Assembly: GCA_028023455.1 (NCBI GenBank)
Contig: JAQFVV010000003.1
Coordinates: 11,284,001 to 11,348,000 of the forward strand
DNA length: 64,000 nucleotides
Direction of reading: 5' to 3'
Source: Epiperipatus broadwayi
Taxonomy: Eukaryota; Animalia; Onychophora
Shown here: positions 38,245 to 52,330 of the stretch, piece after piece
Numbering within the stretch: the stretch's first letter is position 1
Layout of the letters: the number at the start of each line of letters is the position of its first letter
Position numbers and translations under genes: made by a program
Notes under the pieces: generated by a model
Told to the model about the DNA's origin: nothing
The model's database searches: none
The model's input: the letters and a program-made list of their open reading frames with translations, nothing else

Positions 38245-38353
38245 ATATATATATATATATGACAATAGATGGCGTTCTACCAAAAACACGGGCAAACATA
38301 GTTTTTTGTTTACATAAACAACAGAGCAAGCATTCACTATCTCTAACTTTAAT

Positions 38354-38409
38354 TTCCACCTTCAGATCATGATTTCAAGCTATTTGCTATCATCAGTGAA
38401 AGACAGGAA
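38354..38409 (-). ncRNA. Type I hammerhead ribozyme, RZ-B copy 1
   Basis: TTCC-tgt-CTTTCA-CTGATGA-TAGC-aaata-GCTT-GAAA-TCATGA-TC/TGAAGG-t-GGAA. Stem III is the palindrome ATCATGAT and the site is AUC. Confidence 0.8.
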
Positions 38410-38758
38410 TAAGAAAAGAGATCTAAACACAAACTCTGAGCGTTTATGAAACAGTTTCTATTCAGCTTGCAAGCGTGAATCTTTTAGACACATAATGTCT
38501 TCAAACTCAGCATAGCAAGCCAGATAGCTACATGGGTCTGATCTCAGTTGCGCATCACCACATAGTAGAAGCCTCTGCAATATATATCATTGCAAGAAAG
38601 ACCTCAAAGATACATTTATGAAAAACAAAAAACACAAGTTAAAACTTGCTAACGCTTATATTTATGACAATAGATGGCGTTCTACCAAAAACACGGTCAA
38701 GCGTAGTTTTTTGTTTACATAAACGTCAGAGCAAGCATTCACTATCTCTAACTTTAAT

Positions 38759-38814
38759 TTCCACGTTCAGATCATGATTTCAAGCTATTTGCTATCGTCA
38801 GTGAAGGACAGGAA
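38759..38814 (-). ncRNA. Type I hammerhead ribozyme, RZ-B copy 2
   Basis: Same fold with a CTGACGA core. Stem I CCTTCA/TGAACG has one mismatch. Confidence 0.72.
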
Positions 38815-39683
38815 TAAGAAAATAGATCTAAACACAAACTGAGCATTTAGGAAACAGTTTCTATTCAGCTTGCAAGTGTGAATCTTTTAGACCCATAATG
38901 TCTTCAAACTCAGCATAGCAAGCCAGATAGCTACATGGGTCTGATCTCAGTTCAGCATCACCACATAGTAGAAGCCTCTGCAATATATATCATTGCAAGA
39001 AAGACCTCAAAGATACATTTATGAAAAACAAAAAAACACAAGTTAAAACCTGCTAACGCTTGTATTTATGACAATATATGGCGTTCTACCAAAAACACCC
39101 ATCAAGCATAGTTTTTTGTTTACATAAACGTCACAGCAAGCAGTGTTTTTGGTAGAACGCCATCTATTGTCATAAATACAAGCGTTAGCAAGTTTTAACT
39201 TGTGTTTTTTTTGTTTTTCATATATATATATAATAAAGGGAGCTTACAATCCTGTTCAAACCAGCCCTTATGTATCCACAATATCAAGTTAAATCCATTG
39301 GAAACATAAATTAAGATAATAGGGGAGATATACATTATTATTTTTTATGCAAACACACATATAGATGTATAGGCATTAAAAGTTTGTTTTAATAGTTACT
39401 AAATAAAGATAGTGTTAAAATGAAATAAATGTTTTTTTTTCAATGGAAAGTAAAAACCTAATTAAAAAGATCTTTCATATATATACCTATACTAATAATA
39501 AATGATTTATCAATGTGTAAACATCACTATTTAAGACTTAGACTTTGTAGGCATAGTGATGACCTAGTGTCAAGTCAACACCTAGACAAACAAGTGTTAG
39601 AAAATGAGAGTAGAATTTTACTATATAATTTTACTACAGAATTTTATTATGTAATTTTAACTTTATCTACAATCAATATAAAT

Positions 39684-40465
39684 ATCATCATCAACAACCA
39701 TTATCAATCCACTGCAGGGATGAAGGTCTCTCCAAGAACAATCCAACTTCTCTGATCTTTGGCTTCTCTTCTCCTTATCCACCCCTGGACACTTTCTTAT
39801 TTCATCCATCTCACATGGGATCTCTTTCTGGGTCTTTTACAATCTCTTGGAATACAGTTTAAGAATTTAATTGTCCATCTAATATCATCTCTTCTAGCTA
39901 TTTTTCCAGCCCAACTCCACTTCAATCTTTTAATTTTTCAATGAGGTCAGTAACACCTGTTTGTTCTCTTAACCATATATTGCATTTTCGATCTCTTCTT
40001 GTTACTCCCAACATGTATCTCTCCATACTTCTTTGAGTGGTCTGAAGACTCTGTATTGCTCTTCTATTAAGTGTCCAAGTCTCAGATCCATAAGTAAGAA
40101 TTGGTAAAATACATTTATTAAACACCTTCCTTTTCAAACACATAGGCATATTTCCTTTTAGTATCAAGTTATTTCTAGCAAAAGCACTCCAACCAAGTTT
40201 AATTCTATGATTAATATGTTTCCATCTGTATTAATAATCTGACCAAGGTATTTGTCACTGTTAACTTCTTCTACCTCATCATAATCAATCTTTATTTTCA
40301 TATCTTTAGTCCTACTTTCATCTGATAACTCCTGCAACATTTCCTGCAGCTCTAAAACATTATTTGCAAAAACAACTACATCATCTGCAAAATCTAAATG
40401 ACTTAAATAAACTTCATTTACTTTCACTTCATTAGCTTTCCATTTTAATCCACAAAATATATGCA
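39684..40465 (-). mobile_element. RTE-clade LINE 3' fragment
   Basis: HLDFADDVVVF, YLGQII, LKRKVFNKCILPILTYGSETWTL..LQTTQRSMERYMLGVTRRD, ending in a (TGA)n-type tail. Confidence 0.9.
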
Positions 40466-42779
40466 ACAATAAACAACCACATCAATTAAAAGGGAAATGA
40501 AAAACCCTGTATACTAAACAATGAAAACAAAAGTAAACCCAGTTCACTTCCATCCTCTTTCATTATTTATCAGAGGATAGGATAACTGCACACAACTAAT
40601 ATTTTAGAATCATACCATAGAATATAAGATAAGATGGACAATGTGTTCAAAAATCTTATTTTAATTGTATAATTTTTACAGTGTAGAAAGTTGAAGGAAA
40701 TCGCAATTAATGTTTAAAATAAAGAAAGTTGATAATTTTCTAATAAGTTAATGAAAGAACTAAATTAATTTTTAAGTTGATAAGTAAAAATAATGGACTG
40801 CGCTACAATTCAAACAAGAGAAAAGAAAATAATATATTGTCAGCATATATATATATACTTGGATGCTGAAGTAAATTGTCTTTTATATAATTCTCTAAAT
40901 ATCAAATAACAAATTAAAGAAAATTGAATTTATTATAAAGCACTAATCAAAAGCACTAATCAATGTATTCAGGCTAAATAAAGTTGCCATAGGATCAAAG
41001 TGCTACATTCCCAGTGATAAAGCATGATGATTTGATTCTCTTGTATACATAATGCCTAAAGAAGTATCAAATGCCTCACCTGAACTGTCTGAATGGATTC
41101 AGGAGAATAGCAACTGCAGAAATGGGACATCATTTCAAGCGCATTTCTAGAAAATTTGAGTGAGCAATGAAGGATTTGTTGGAGTACAATAATGAAAATA
41201 ATGATAAACTGTATCCATAAGACATTATTAATAGATTCAAGGACTTCAATCAGGATAATTTGAAAAGAAATTGATTTATTATGTGCAAGAAAATACTAAA
41301 GAATATTAATTAAAAAGTGTTAATCATTTATTCATTATAAAGATTTTAGGAATACTAAAGAATATTAATTAAAAAGTGTTAATCATTTATTCATTATAAA
41401 GATTTTAGGAATACTATTAATAAAATGTATAACACATACTAAAATTGGTCATGTCATGTTGTGGCTTTGGTGATTTTAGTAATTTTAAAAGAGAAAAACT
41501 CTTACCATTTAAGTATTCCATTTGAGCACTCAATTTCATATTTATAGATGAAAAATCAAGTATTTTGGCAGAAAAATTACCTAAAGTTTATTAAAAGAAA
41601 AAAATCAGACTTTTCAACCCCCCCCCTTTACTCTCTTGACACTTTCTTATGTTGGACTGTTTTAAATTGTGGAACTAAACCATTAGTACTTCCTAAATAT
41701 AAGACAGAGATAATAAAATAAAAATACAAAAAATAATAAGACATACCTATACAAAAGAAAAAAATCATAATTCTTCCTCAGAGTCCTTCTTACATAAACA
41801 GTTCTTACAATTTATGCATTTTTATTATAAATGTTGAGAACTCCTTATTGATTCTGAATAGCATATCCTGAATATATTTATATTGGCAGTGGGTAATTGT
41901 TTTATTACTCATGTAGATTTTCATCCTGCATGGATCCAGCTTATCAGGTGATTAAACATAGACAGTTAAATATTAATTTCACATGACCATAGTGAATAAA
42001 TGCTCCACCTGAAGACAATTGTTCTAGCCAAAATATATATTTTGCAATATATACACTGATTTATATATATATGCAGTTCACATTTAATAAAAAAAGTGTA
42101 TAAAACACAGATATTTACTATCTGTGATATTGGCTATATAAACATTTAACTGAATAAACCATTCTAATTTATTTTTTAGTTTCTTTAAATGCAAATCATT
42201 TTTAATGTATACGTTATTTTAACTTATCTGATTATTCAGCTAGTATAAGAATCATCTATTCACTTCCTTAATCTTTTTTTATATGGCAAATAAATAGAAA
42301 CAAATTACCATTTGTTGAGATGCTGATTTAAAAAATGTCCATTTGGTAGAAAACTGTTATTAAAAAAAGTGCTTCAATAAAAATTGACTTTTCATATTAA
42401 ACACAGAATAATAAAGAAAAATTATTTTTAATTGTTTTTCTTTTTATATCTGGCATCATTTGTATTGTTTAAATGCAGCATGTGCCTATTGTTGCACTAT
42501 AAAAATATTTTTATCATCCGATTCATTTTGAAAAAAAAATAATAGTAATAAAATATTATATTAATAATATTCTTACCTCCTTCTTATATTTGGTTATCTA
42601 GTACAATACTTGATTTTTTTTATTGCTATGATTGTTTTTTATTGTTTAAGTCATTGTTTATATTTATTACAATCAACACAATACAATTGTCAACATATAT
42701 ATATAAATTTATACGAACTTTATCAATGTTTATATTTTTTTATTAAACACTAGAATGTTATTACTAATATATATATATA

Positions 42780-45700
42780 TGTGTGTTTTTTGGTAAACGA
42801 TCTACCATTCCCACTATTTAATATACAATTAATACACTGTCATAACTATCTATACATTTATACTTTTTAAGAGTGTTCCAGCAAAAAAATTTTATATTCA
42901 CATTGTAACTAAAAGACAATCCATTATTTCAGGTAGCTAAGGTTTGTTGTGGGTGCGATCTTAAGCTACCCTCACAATTCCCCTCTCCTAAGATTAAAAT
43001 TTTACTTATACATCAAAATTTTAACTTCTAATGAATGTAAAGTATGTTCATTTTTGGGCATACTAATTCCCTTGCTATCTGTGAAAAATCACAACACTTA
43101 CTTTCTTACATTTTCTCTTTAATCTCTCAATTTTAAATACCTATACTGACTTTCTTAAAAATTATATATCATTCCAAGTGAGAATCTGGCTAAAAAATTT
43201 TCTTTTTTTTAAACTTTATGGTTGCAATCTGACCATATTTGTATCTCTATTCTAGATGATATCCAATTTTGTTCACTAATCTCTCTCTGCTCTTCTCTAG
43301 ACATTGGATTTTGAGGATTACATGAACCAGAGTATCCATTGCCACATGTGTATTGACTAAAAAAATGAGGTCAGTTCTAATGTATCCTAGCATATTTACT
43401 GAGGTATACCCTCATAAATACTACACATTAACTGTTACTACCCTAACAACATTTTTTGATGTTCTCTTACCTTTTTTTAAACTTCTTTATCATTTCTACT
43501 GCTAACTCTATTTACATTATTTAGTAATGAAATTACTAATCTCACACTACTAAATTGAGTAACAAAGATGCAGTTTCAATATCCTGGCATTGTATATGCC
43601 TCTAACTTCTTTAATATCTAACCAAAAAGCATTAGGGCTAGATCGATTTATAAATATGGCCCTTCAAATTGTGAGTAAAATTTATGATACTTTTTCTCAC
43701 AGGGATTACTTATGTGATGGTCTTTGATAATTACCTTGTCTCCAATTTGAAATGTGTATGGATTTTTACTCTCATTCTTATTTCTTTGTTTTGCTTTCTG
43801 AAGAAACTGTTCATGAGCTTTTAACCTAGTCACTTCTGCATCTATTTCATGCTGTATTGCATTAGGTATATATTTGGTAAATAATATTGGTGTGGATTTA
43901 TTAAAATGTAATTGGATGGGTGTGAATCCAGTTGAATCGTTCACGCTACAATTAATAAAGTTCACCCCATATTCCATTTTCTTGACCCACCCCTTATGCT
44001 CATCCTTTAGGTATGTCCTGAACAACTGTCCAAGTTCCCACATTAAGCATTCACTAGGGTTGGACTGTGGATTCCAAATGGATGTAAGCACGATTGATCT
44101 GATATTTTTCCACCCAATTTTTCCCTTCCTTAGACATGAAAGAAGTGCCATGATCTGTTAATATGGTCTTAGGCTTTCCAATCCTAATAAATTGGAGAGT
44201 GTCTATTAGATGAAATTTCTAGTATTAGCCTGGGTTATTGGGTAAGCTGTAATGTATTTTGAAAAAAGATCATATGCTACCAATAGATATTTTTATTAAA
44301 TGAGGGCAGAGGGCCATAGTAATCTATTGCTAAGATCTCATTCGGTCTTTCAGGTATTATTGATTTAACCAAATAGGTGTAATTATGGTGTACTGGTTTG
44401 GCACTTAAGCACACATGACAATCTCAGAGTGACTGTAAGATGTCTTTATACATTGTCACCCAATAAAACCAGTTTTTAAGACTTATGTTCCATTTTATGG
44501 GTACAAAACTGACTGTATAGACAGTGAACATACATAATGAGTAGGGTTATTAAAGATTTAGGTATTACTACCCTCCATATCAATATCTAGGTTTGGTTTG
44601 TAAAGTAAGACCTCATGTTCTAGCTTATAACATGCAAGATACTTTGGCACATTCAGAACCTCCTTACCTTTAATGCATTCATTATTGGGGTTAAAATGGG
44701 ATCACTATATTGAATTTCATTTACAACTTCTATATCCTTCTCCATATTGTTGTCATTCAATGCATTGTCTACCAAGAGGTGATTTTGATCAGACTTGCAT
44801 GGATTTTGACTGAGCACATCTGCCACTACATTTTTGAATCCTTATAGTATTGTACACTGTAGTTGAATGCCTGTAATAGCAGACTCCATCTAACCAGATG
44901 GCTGTTGGTGAGATAGCTATGATCCATGAATTCAAGGCTTTTGTAATCAGTGATCACTATCAACTCTGATCCAAGAAATATCTGTCAAAACTTCTGGAAG
45001 GCCCACACTATTGCTAGTTCCTCCTTCTCCATTACTGTATAGTTGATTTCTGGACTTTTCAGGAGACAGCTAATAAAATATAGGATGCCAGGTTGACCAT
45101 CCTCCTGGTTTTGAGAAAATGTTACCCCCAATCTGAAACCACTACTGTCTGTTTGGACAATGAACAGTTTGTTAACATCAGGAAAAGCTAACATGGTTTG
45201 CTGTAAAAATCCTGTTTTAATCTCTTCAAAGGCCTTATCTTGCTCCTCAGTCCACTTCCATCTTTCATTCTTATGGATTAAGCTAACATGGTTTACTGTA
45301 AAAATCCTGTTTTAATCTCTTCAAAGGCCTTATCTTGCTTCTCAGTCCACTTCCATCTTTCATTCTTATGGATTAATTTTAGCAACGGTTCCATACAGTC
45401 TGAAAATTTTTGATAGAAACAATTGTAAAAGTTGCATAATCCTAAAATGACCTGATTTGTTTTTTTATTGATTGGCTTGGGAAAGTTCTGGATGGCACTG
45501 ATCTTATCAGGATGAGGTCTCATCCCATTGCATCCAATAATATGACCTAAGAAGACCACTTCACTACAAACTAGCATGCTCTTCTTGAAGTTGATTTTAA
45601 TTCCCTTTTTATAACATTCCTCAAAAAATAATTTTGGATGTTGAAGATGTTCTTCAATGGTGTTTAATGCAATGATGTTTGGAATGTCCTCTTCATACTG

Positions 45701-47996
45701 GCTACGTAAAGGGTAGTCCTCTATCCCCGGTCTGACTTGGTTTATGGGTCAGGGTCTTGGTAAAAATCACTTACAGGATTATGGTCCTTGGTCACCATTT
45801 TTTGAATGGTACTAGCTTTATCTCACCTTTCCTGGTTATCTTGGATCCTTTTGTCCATCTCAGTTCTTTGCGTGCTTATCAACCAGGAATTTTGGTATGC
45901 TTGTGTCTCAACAAATATTAACCAATGGGTTATGGTCTTGTCAAATTGACTAATTTGATCTCTCACTTCACTCATACTTTTAACACTTTGTCCAATGAGG
46001 TTTTTCCTACAGCAACCTTGATCTCCCTTAATACTATTTTCTCTTCTATTCGACCCATATTTTGGGTCAATGTTTTCAAAACTTTGGTGTTAGCTTCTAC
46101 TTCATCTCTTTATTCAACGGCTAGTTGGTCAATTTTTTTTGAATGACAACTAATCTCCCTTGCATCTCGTCCTTTTGCTTCTTCTGATCATTATGCACCT
46201 CCTCTTTAAATATTTTATTCTCCTGGCATACCTCAGTGATTGTGGTCCTTGGTCACCATTTTTGACTGGTACTAGCTTTATCCCACTGTTCCTGGTTATC
46301 TTGGATCTTTTTGTTCACCTCAGTTCTTTGCGTGCTTATCAACCAGGAATTTTGGTATGCTTGCATCTCAATAAATTTTAACCAATGGGTTATGGTCTTG
46401 TCAAATTGACTAATTTGATACCTCACTTCACTCGTACTTTTAACAACTTTGTCCAATGAAGTTTTTCCTACAGAAGCCTTGATCTCCCTTAATACTATTT
46501 TCTCTTCTATTTGACCCATATTTTAGATCAGTGTTTCCAAAACTTCGGTGTTAGCTTCTACTTCATCTTTTTATTCAATGGCTAGTTGGTCAATCTTTTT
46601 TGAATGACAACTAATCCCTCTTGCATCTCATCCTTTTGCTACTTCTGATCATTATGCACCTCCTCTTTAAAGGTTTTATTCTCCTGGCATACCTCTTCAT
46701 ATCGAATGCTAAGTTGATGAGATATTATTCCTAAATACCTCCAACCACTGTTGACACTGGGTAACTTTCTCTAATAGGTTTCTGAATGTCCTCTATTTTC
46801 TTCTTCAGCTCAGTACTACTCCCTTGAACATTTCCCAGACTTATAGATAGCCGTATCATTTCTTGTGACAATTTGGTTTCTACAACTTTTCTTTTCTTAG
46901 CACTGTCTGCATAATATTCACATTCTCTTTTATCCCTATATCCATCTTTATTACCAAATTAGCAACATTAACCTTGGCTGTCATATTATCATTCAAGTGC
47001 TTCATACTTCCTTCTATATTTTCCACCTTAGCTTCCATACCACTCATCTTAGATTCCATATTGCTCTCCATATTACTCATCTTAGATTCCATATTAGTCT
47101 CCATATTACTCATCTTAGATTCCATATTACTCTCCATATTACTCATCTTAGATTCCATATTACTCTCCATATTACTCATCTTCATTTCCACTTTAGCAAC
47201 ATCAGTCTTGGTTGCCATATTACTCTCCATATGTTCCATTTTAGCTGCTAACATTTGGAGCATTTGCATCAAAGTCTTTGTATCTTCTGTCACTTGTGCT
47301 ACTTGAGTACCACATGGTTGAGCTACTTCAACTTTGTGTGGTTGGTCCACATTAGCTTCATATGCTCTGGGTACTTGGGATAACCCTTGGTCTATATCAA
47401 ACATTTTTGGGAGTCACTAGCCTCTCCCAGGTACCTTCCAGACATTTGATAATGTAGAGACCCTCCTCCATGGCTAACTTCAAATTCACCTCCCTCAGTA
47501 TCACTAACGTCACTAATTTCTTCTTGGCAATATCATGTCTCCATACTCAGTAATTTTTTCCACTTCTTAATATCATTAATTAAATACTCTAAACAACTTT
47601 TACGTATAAAAATATTATAACAGATAATTGTCTCAGGATTTCACATTTTCCCTAACTATACCATGTACATTTTAACATCCATATCAGTTTTTATTTCTAC
47701 TATTTTCCCTGTCTACCTTTTAGCTTAGTTTTAGATTGCCTGACTCCTATATTTTAGTGCCAATTTATTCATGATTTAATTGTTTCACAAATCTCTGTTT
47801 ATTGATCCCGCATTCAATCCTTATATGTAATTTTTTTTCCTACTAATTTTCAGTTTTAGGTGTTTTGTGTTCTTAACTAATATTTAGATACAGCAAAACT
47901 TGGTATTTATTTTATATTTACATTCTAACTAAAAGACAATCCATTATTTCAGGTGGCTAAGGTTTGTTGTGGGTGCAAACTTAAGCTACTCTCACA
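42780..47996 (-). mobile_element. Decayed Ty3/Gypsy LTR retrotransposon (gag, partial RT, RNase H, integrase)
   Basis: VFLGHIIG..PHPDKISAIQNFPKP, FIVQTDSSG..NYTVMEKEELAIVWAFQKF, STGFTP..FQIGDKVII..FEGPY. LTR-start homology at ~42870-42976 and ~47890-47996, each beginning TGTGAG on the minus strand. PPT GGAGAGGGGAAT at 42977-42988. (AT)n at both flanks. Protease and the N-terminal RT were not found. Confidence 0.88.
46880..47404 (-). pseudogene. Gypsy gag N-terminal region with an 11-aa tandem repeat (SKMSNMESNME)
   Basis: 174-aa ORF. A 33-nt unit tactctccatattactcatcttagattccatat is repeated about 4-5 times at ~47040-47230. Confidence 0.65.
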
Positions 47997-50479
47997 ATAT
48001 ATATAAAACTTATGACACAGTGATAGCACATCTGCTTACCACATAGGTGGCTCACAGACTTTGAAAAGTTTTGCAGCTTCATATAGAATATAGATTTCAT
48101 CTTCTGATAACAGGTTCTTACACAATCTGGATAGTTGTTTCAATTCCTTAATTAAATAGATATTTAATTATTTTTAAATAAAGAATAAAACAACATGAAA
48201 AACTGTTCAAATTTTCACCAACCAAAACTTGTCAAGTACTATCTTTTCCTTCACTGTTCTTTTCTGGATGATTAGTATAAAAAAAATTTTTGGAAATATA
48301 AATAGATATCTTCAGATTTCTTTATATAAATATGCATTTCTAAAATATAACAACTGATAAATACAATAAAAACATTAATATGAATGCAAAAATTATCAGA
48401 TATATATTATAAGATAATGCATTTCTTTAATTTTTCTTATAATTAACAATTAAAAAATCTAGAATAATATACCTGATGTCAGTTCAAATTTATCTTGCTA
48501 TTATTTTCCCAACTACAATGATTATGGATTTTTTTTTATTGAAAAGTATAAAAAGCAGGCAATAACCAACCAACAATGTGATACTATTTATACATTCAAA
48601 ACTTACTTCATTACAGGCCCTGGGAAAAAAAACTTAGGTAGTTTCCTTGACTACCTAAGCCAAAACCATTCTCTAGATTGTCAATAGATTGTAAAAATCT
48701 GGGGCTTGCATAGATATGAGCACCAAATCTATTATGAGTCAGTACCCAGTGAATTCTGAAAGTGTTTCCATTCAGTAATCCCCTTTATTATATACAGAAC
48801 AACATCAACAAGATAATCAGTGCTAATAAGTGTCTGATGGCATATTCATTATATAGTAAAGAGACCCAATATTGTAGAAATGCTCACCATAAAATAAAGT
48901 GCAAAGTCATTTTCCAATCTAATGTGGATAAGATTAGAGCAACAATTGGCAATGAACTCCATGAGATGATGCATATGGCCAAAATCATGAAATAGAAGAA
49001 TAATCTAGTATTTCACATGATGCTACTATACCCTTTCAAGGGTTACAATTTAACATCAGACATATGATGCTACTATACCCTTTCAAGGGTTACAATTTAA
49101 CATCAGACATATGACCAAAAAATTGTACTTTTTACAGGGTAAAGCAGTACTCATCAATTGAACCCCAAACACAATCTCTTATGCATAAAATTCATATCTT
49201 GGAATCTTTTAGCTGTTTCAGATGCTTTTATTCATATGTTTCAAGAATGGGTAATGAAATGGAAGTTTAGATATTTCATATGTTTATCTATAATGAAAAA
49301 GTAGTCATATTAATAGTTAACTTGGGTTAAATTTAAAGTTCATCATTGGACCAGTTTAATAAATAATTAGTAATATTCATTAATCTATTTAGCTGAAGTG
49401 ATTAGTATCAAAATTTTAAGTACAGAAAGTTTGATAGTGGTAATTCAAAGTGTAATATAATATATATTTATTTATATATGAATGTATCATTAGCAGTCTC
49501 TTCGTTTAGCCCCTATTAAATAAGTCACAAGAATTTGAATCCAAAGAACTTCAACATTTTTTTTCAATTCAAAATTTCTAGTAATTCATCCAAGATATCC
49601 TACAAAACGAGCTGGTAAATGAATATCCAGCTAATCTTAGATAAAAGGTAAACAACCAGCTTTTAACTAGTAATATTATCTCCACTGTTTCTATATGTGA
49701 CACTGAAAGAAATTAACTCTGAAGTTGTCTATTTGGTGCTGTTTTATCTTAATATCAAAAGAAAATGAAAAACCATATAGTGTATGAGTTAGTGTATTAG
49801 GACACTATACTCATAATCTGGAAATTAAATGTAAAATGAAGGAAAAAGTTTTCAAATAAATGAACGACAGATGCATTTAATAATTTTTCAGGTAGCAAAT
49901 TCATAGCAAATTACTGAGTGATCAAAATTAAGCACATAACCATTTTTATGTGGAAAGTGACCTTCTCTTATATATTTCTCTAGTGATTATTGTCCATTTC
50001 ACCTATATGCCTCAATATTTATATAAATATGCAACATAGGTATTTTGTCCGCAATATGGCATATAAGACTGTTATTTAACTTTATATACTGTATGTGTGA
50101 CGCAACTGATTTATAAATAAAATAAAATGCTACAAAAATAAAACTAATCCCAAAAATAAACATTGTATAAATGTTTTTTGTTTGTTTGAAATTTATCTGT
50201 TCTCAGTAGGTTTTCTTTCTCAAAAATTAATAGAGATAAAAAAAAAAAAAAAATGGAAACATTACAAAACAAGACAATAAATCATTAAAGGCTTTTAATA
50301 TCTTTTTTTTTTTTTTTAGACTTTATTTCAATGTGGCTTTTTTAAAAAATAAATAAATAACAACAATAATGCAGGAATAATGATAATAATTAGAAATGTT
50401 AATTAAATATACTTTTTCAAATATAATCTCATTTTCTTTAATACAGTGATTATTTAAATAAATCTATTAATGTGTGATT

Positions 50480-52330
50480 ATAGTAAGAATGGAGTTAATA
50501 ATTTTGCTGATGAAACTGTAACGTTTGCCAGTAGAGAAAATGAGCTTTATAAAACATTAGATAAGAATAACTTTTAGACAAAAATCAATACACTTTAAGT
50601 ATAAAGATATAATTATAAATGAGAATGATAGAGAATTAATAATGATAGACAGACATGAAGTTTTTAACTATTTAGAAAAATGTTTGATGAAAATAAAAAG
50701 AGCCACAAAGATATTAGAATAAAAATTACAATGATTAAATAAGGTTTTAATAAGTGTAAAAAGTTACCACTTATCCATTAAAGTTAGATCTAAAAGACAA
50801 GACTTTGAGTAGAACTTTAATTGAAGCAGAAATTTAAATTGGAAGGTGAGATGAAAAAAATGGAACCCTTAGAGATGTGGATTTGGAAAAAAATAGAGAT
50901 TATTGTACAAGATAGAATTTGCAATGTTGAAATGTTGATTTTGGTGCTCCTGGTTTACAAAATGGCATAGAGACTATATTAAATCAGTACCAAATTTTAT
51001 TTCTTGAAAAATAAAAGAAAAAATGGACTACTCATTTATTGAAGCACAAATTATGAAAATGTTTGAAGTGCTTGAAAAAAAAAAGAGAAAAGTAAAAGGA
51101 GAAAGGTTAAATAATGATCTAAAATAAGAATAAATCAATAGATAAAACAGCTTTGAGTAGACTACTATATTGATATGCAAACCTTCTTTTATACATATTA
51201 TTGGTTTAAATAAAATGTAAAAAAAGTTTTCAAAAATTGACACACACACTCTCTCTTTATATGTATACACACACAGCAATATCTATACTCTCAAATAGTA
51301 ATATAAATAAATTATTGTTTTAAATACTAAACTCAAAAAGACTCATGATATGAAAATAATATATGTATACATGAGCTTCATAATAAATATTTGAGGCTGA
51401 AGTTCAACAATTGATAAGAAAGCTTGAAAATGATTGGTGGATTAAAACTACAAACAAGATGTAAACATTTTCAGACCATAGTCATTCTAGATATTTTTCT
51501 GATGCATTGAATGCAATATATAGATCTAAAAAATGGTATAATAATCTTATGGCACTCTCTTATATGATGACAATGATATTTTGAACAGATAAAAGAAGTA
51601 TTTTGATCATCTTTTGAATAATCAAACAAGAATTGAGATGACAACTTTTAATGATATATCCATTTTATCTCATATAGATTTGGACAAAAATATCCAGTTC
51701 AGTGAAGTCAAAAATCTAAGGTTGCATGTCTAATAAAATACCTGAAGAAAATTTAAAGTATGGGAATGTGCACCCAATTTTAAGAATATATTTATTGTTC
51801 CAATTTCTAAAAACAATGAAAATAGACAAGATTGCAATAATTATCATGGAATATCATTATTATCCATTATTCAACAATTTTTTTGAAAATATTGTTTCAG
51901 TTATAGATGAATGGTTATCGAAAACTCAATGTGGCTTTAAAAAATGAAGAAGCACTATAGACATGGTTTTTGTTGCCAGGCAAATGCAAGAAGAGTGTCA
52001 GAATCAAGAACCAATTTATATATTGCTTTTATTGATTTGATCAAGGCATTTGATTCAGTTAATAGGACGTTTATTGCATTGTCTAAAATTAATTGATTGA
52101 CCATCAAAATTTATTCATGTTATACAGCTTTTATATGATAGAATGAGCGAAAATGTTATTATTACAGGTAGAAATTCTGAGATATTTGAAATAAAAATTG
52201 GTGTTAAACTAGAATGAATGCTTTCTCCAATATTGTTTTAAATTTTTATGACAATGGTCTTTGGAATTGGGTATAGGTGGCTTAATCAAATTAGGACCAA
52301 GGTGTGATACAGATTTGATGGTGCACAAGG
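50480..52330 (+). mobile_element. Decayed RTE-like LINE fragments
   Basis: Remnants FADETV, LEMWIW, ETQCGF..RSTIDMVFVARQMQE, IAFIDLIKAFDSVNR and GVK..LSPILF. Confidence 0.65.

Larger units (their letters stand above)
38245..39232 (-). mobile_element. RZ-B: hammerhead-containing tandem array, about 405-nt unit, with an inverted 5' segment, inserted in (AT)n
   Basis: About 2.2 units at 38259-39142 (period 405/404), an inverted segment at 39143-39222, and (AT)n on both sides (38245-38260, 39220-39232). Confidence 0.85.

Noticed and set aside
41295-41415. 59-bp tandem duplication; also a 47-bp duplication near 49015-49115
   Set aside because: These are ordinary local slippage duplications with no functional signature.
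41995-42040. CCAC-CTGAAGA...AAAA-TATATA hammerhead-like string
   Set aside because: It has no GAAA, no convincing stem II and no 3' strand for stem I.
46974-47306. Plus-strand ORFs with Ile/Leu and His-rich repeats
   Set aside because: They are antisense shadows of the 33-nt gag repeat.
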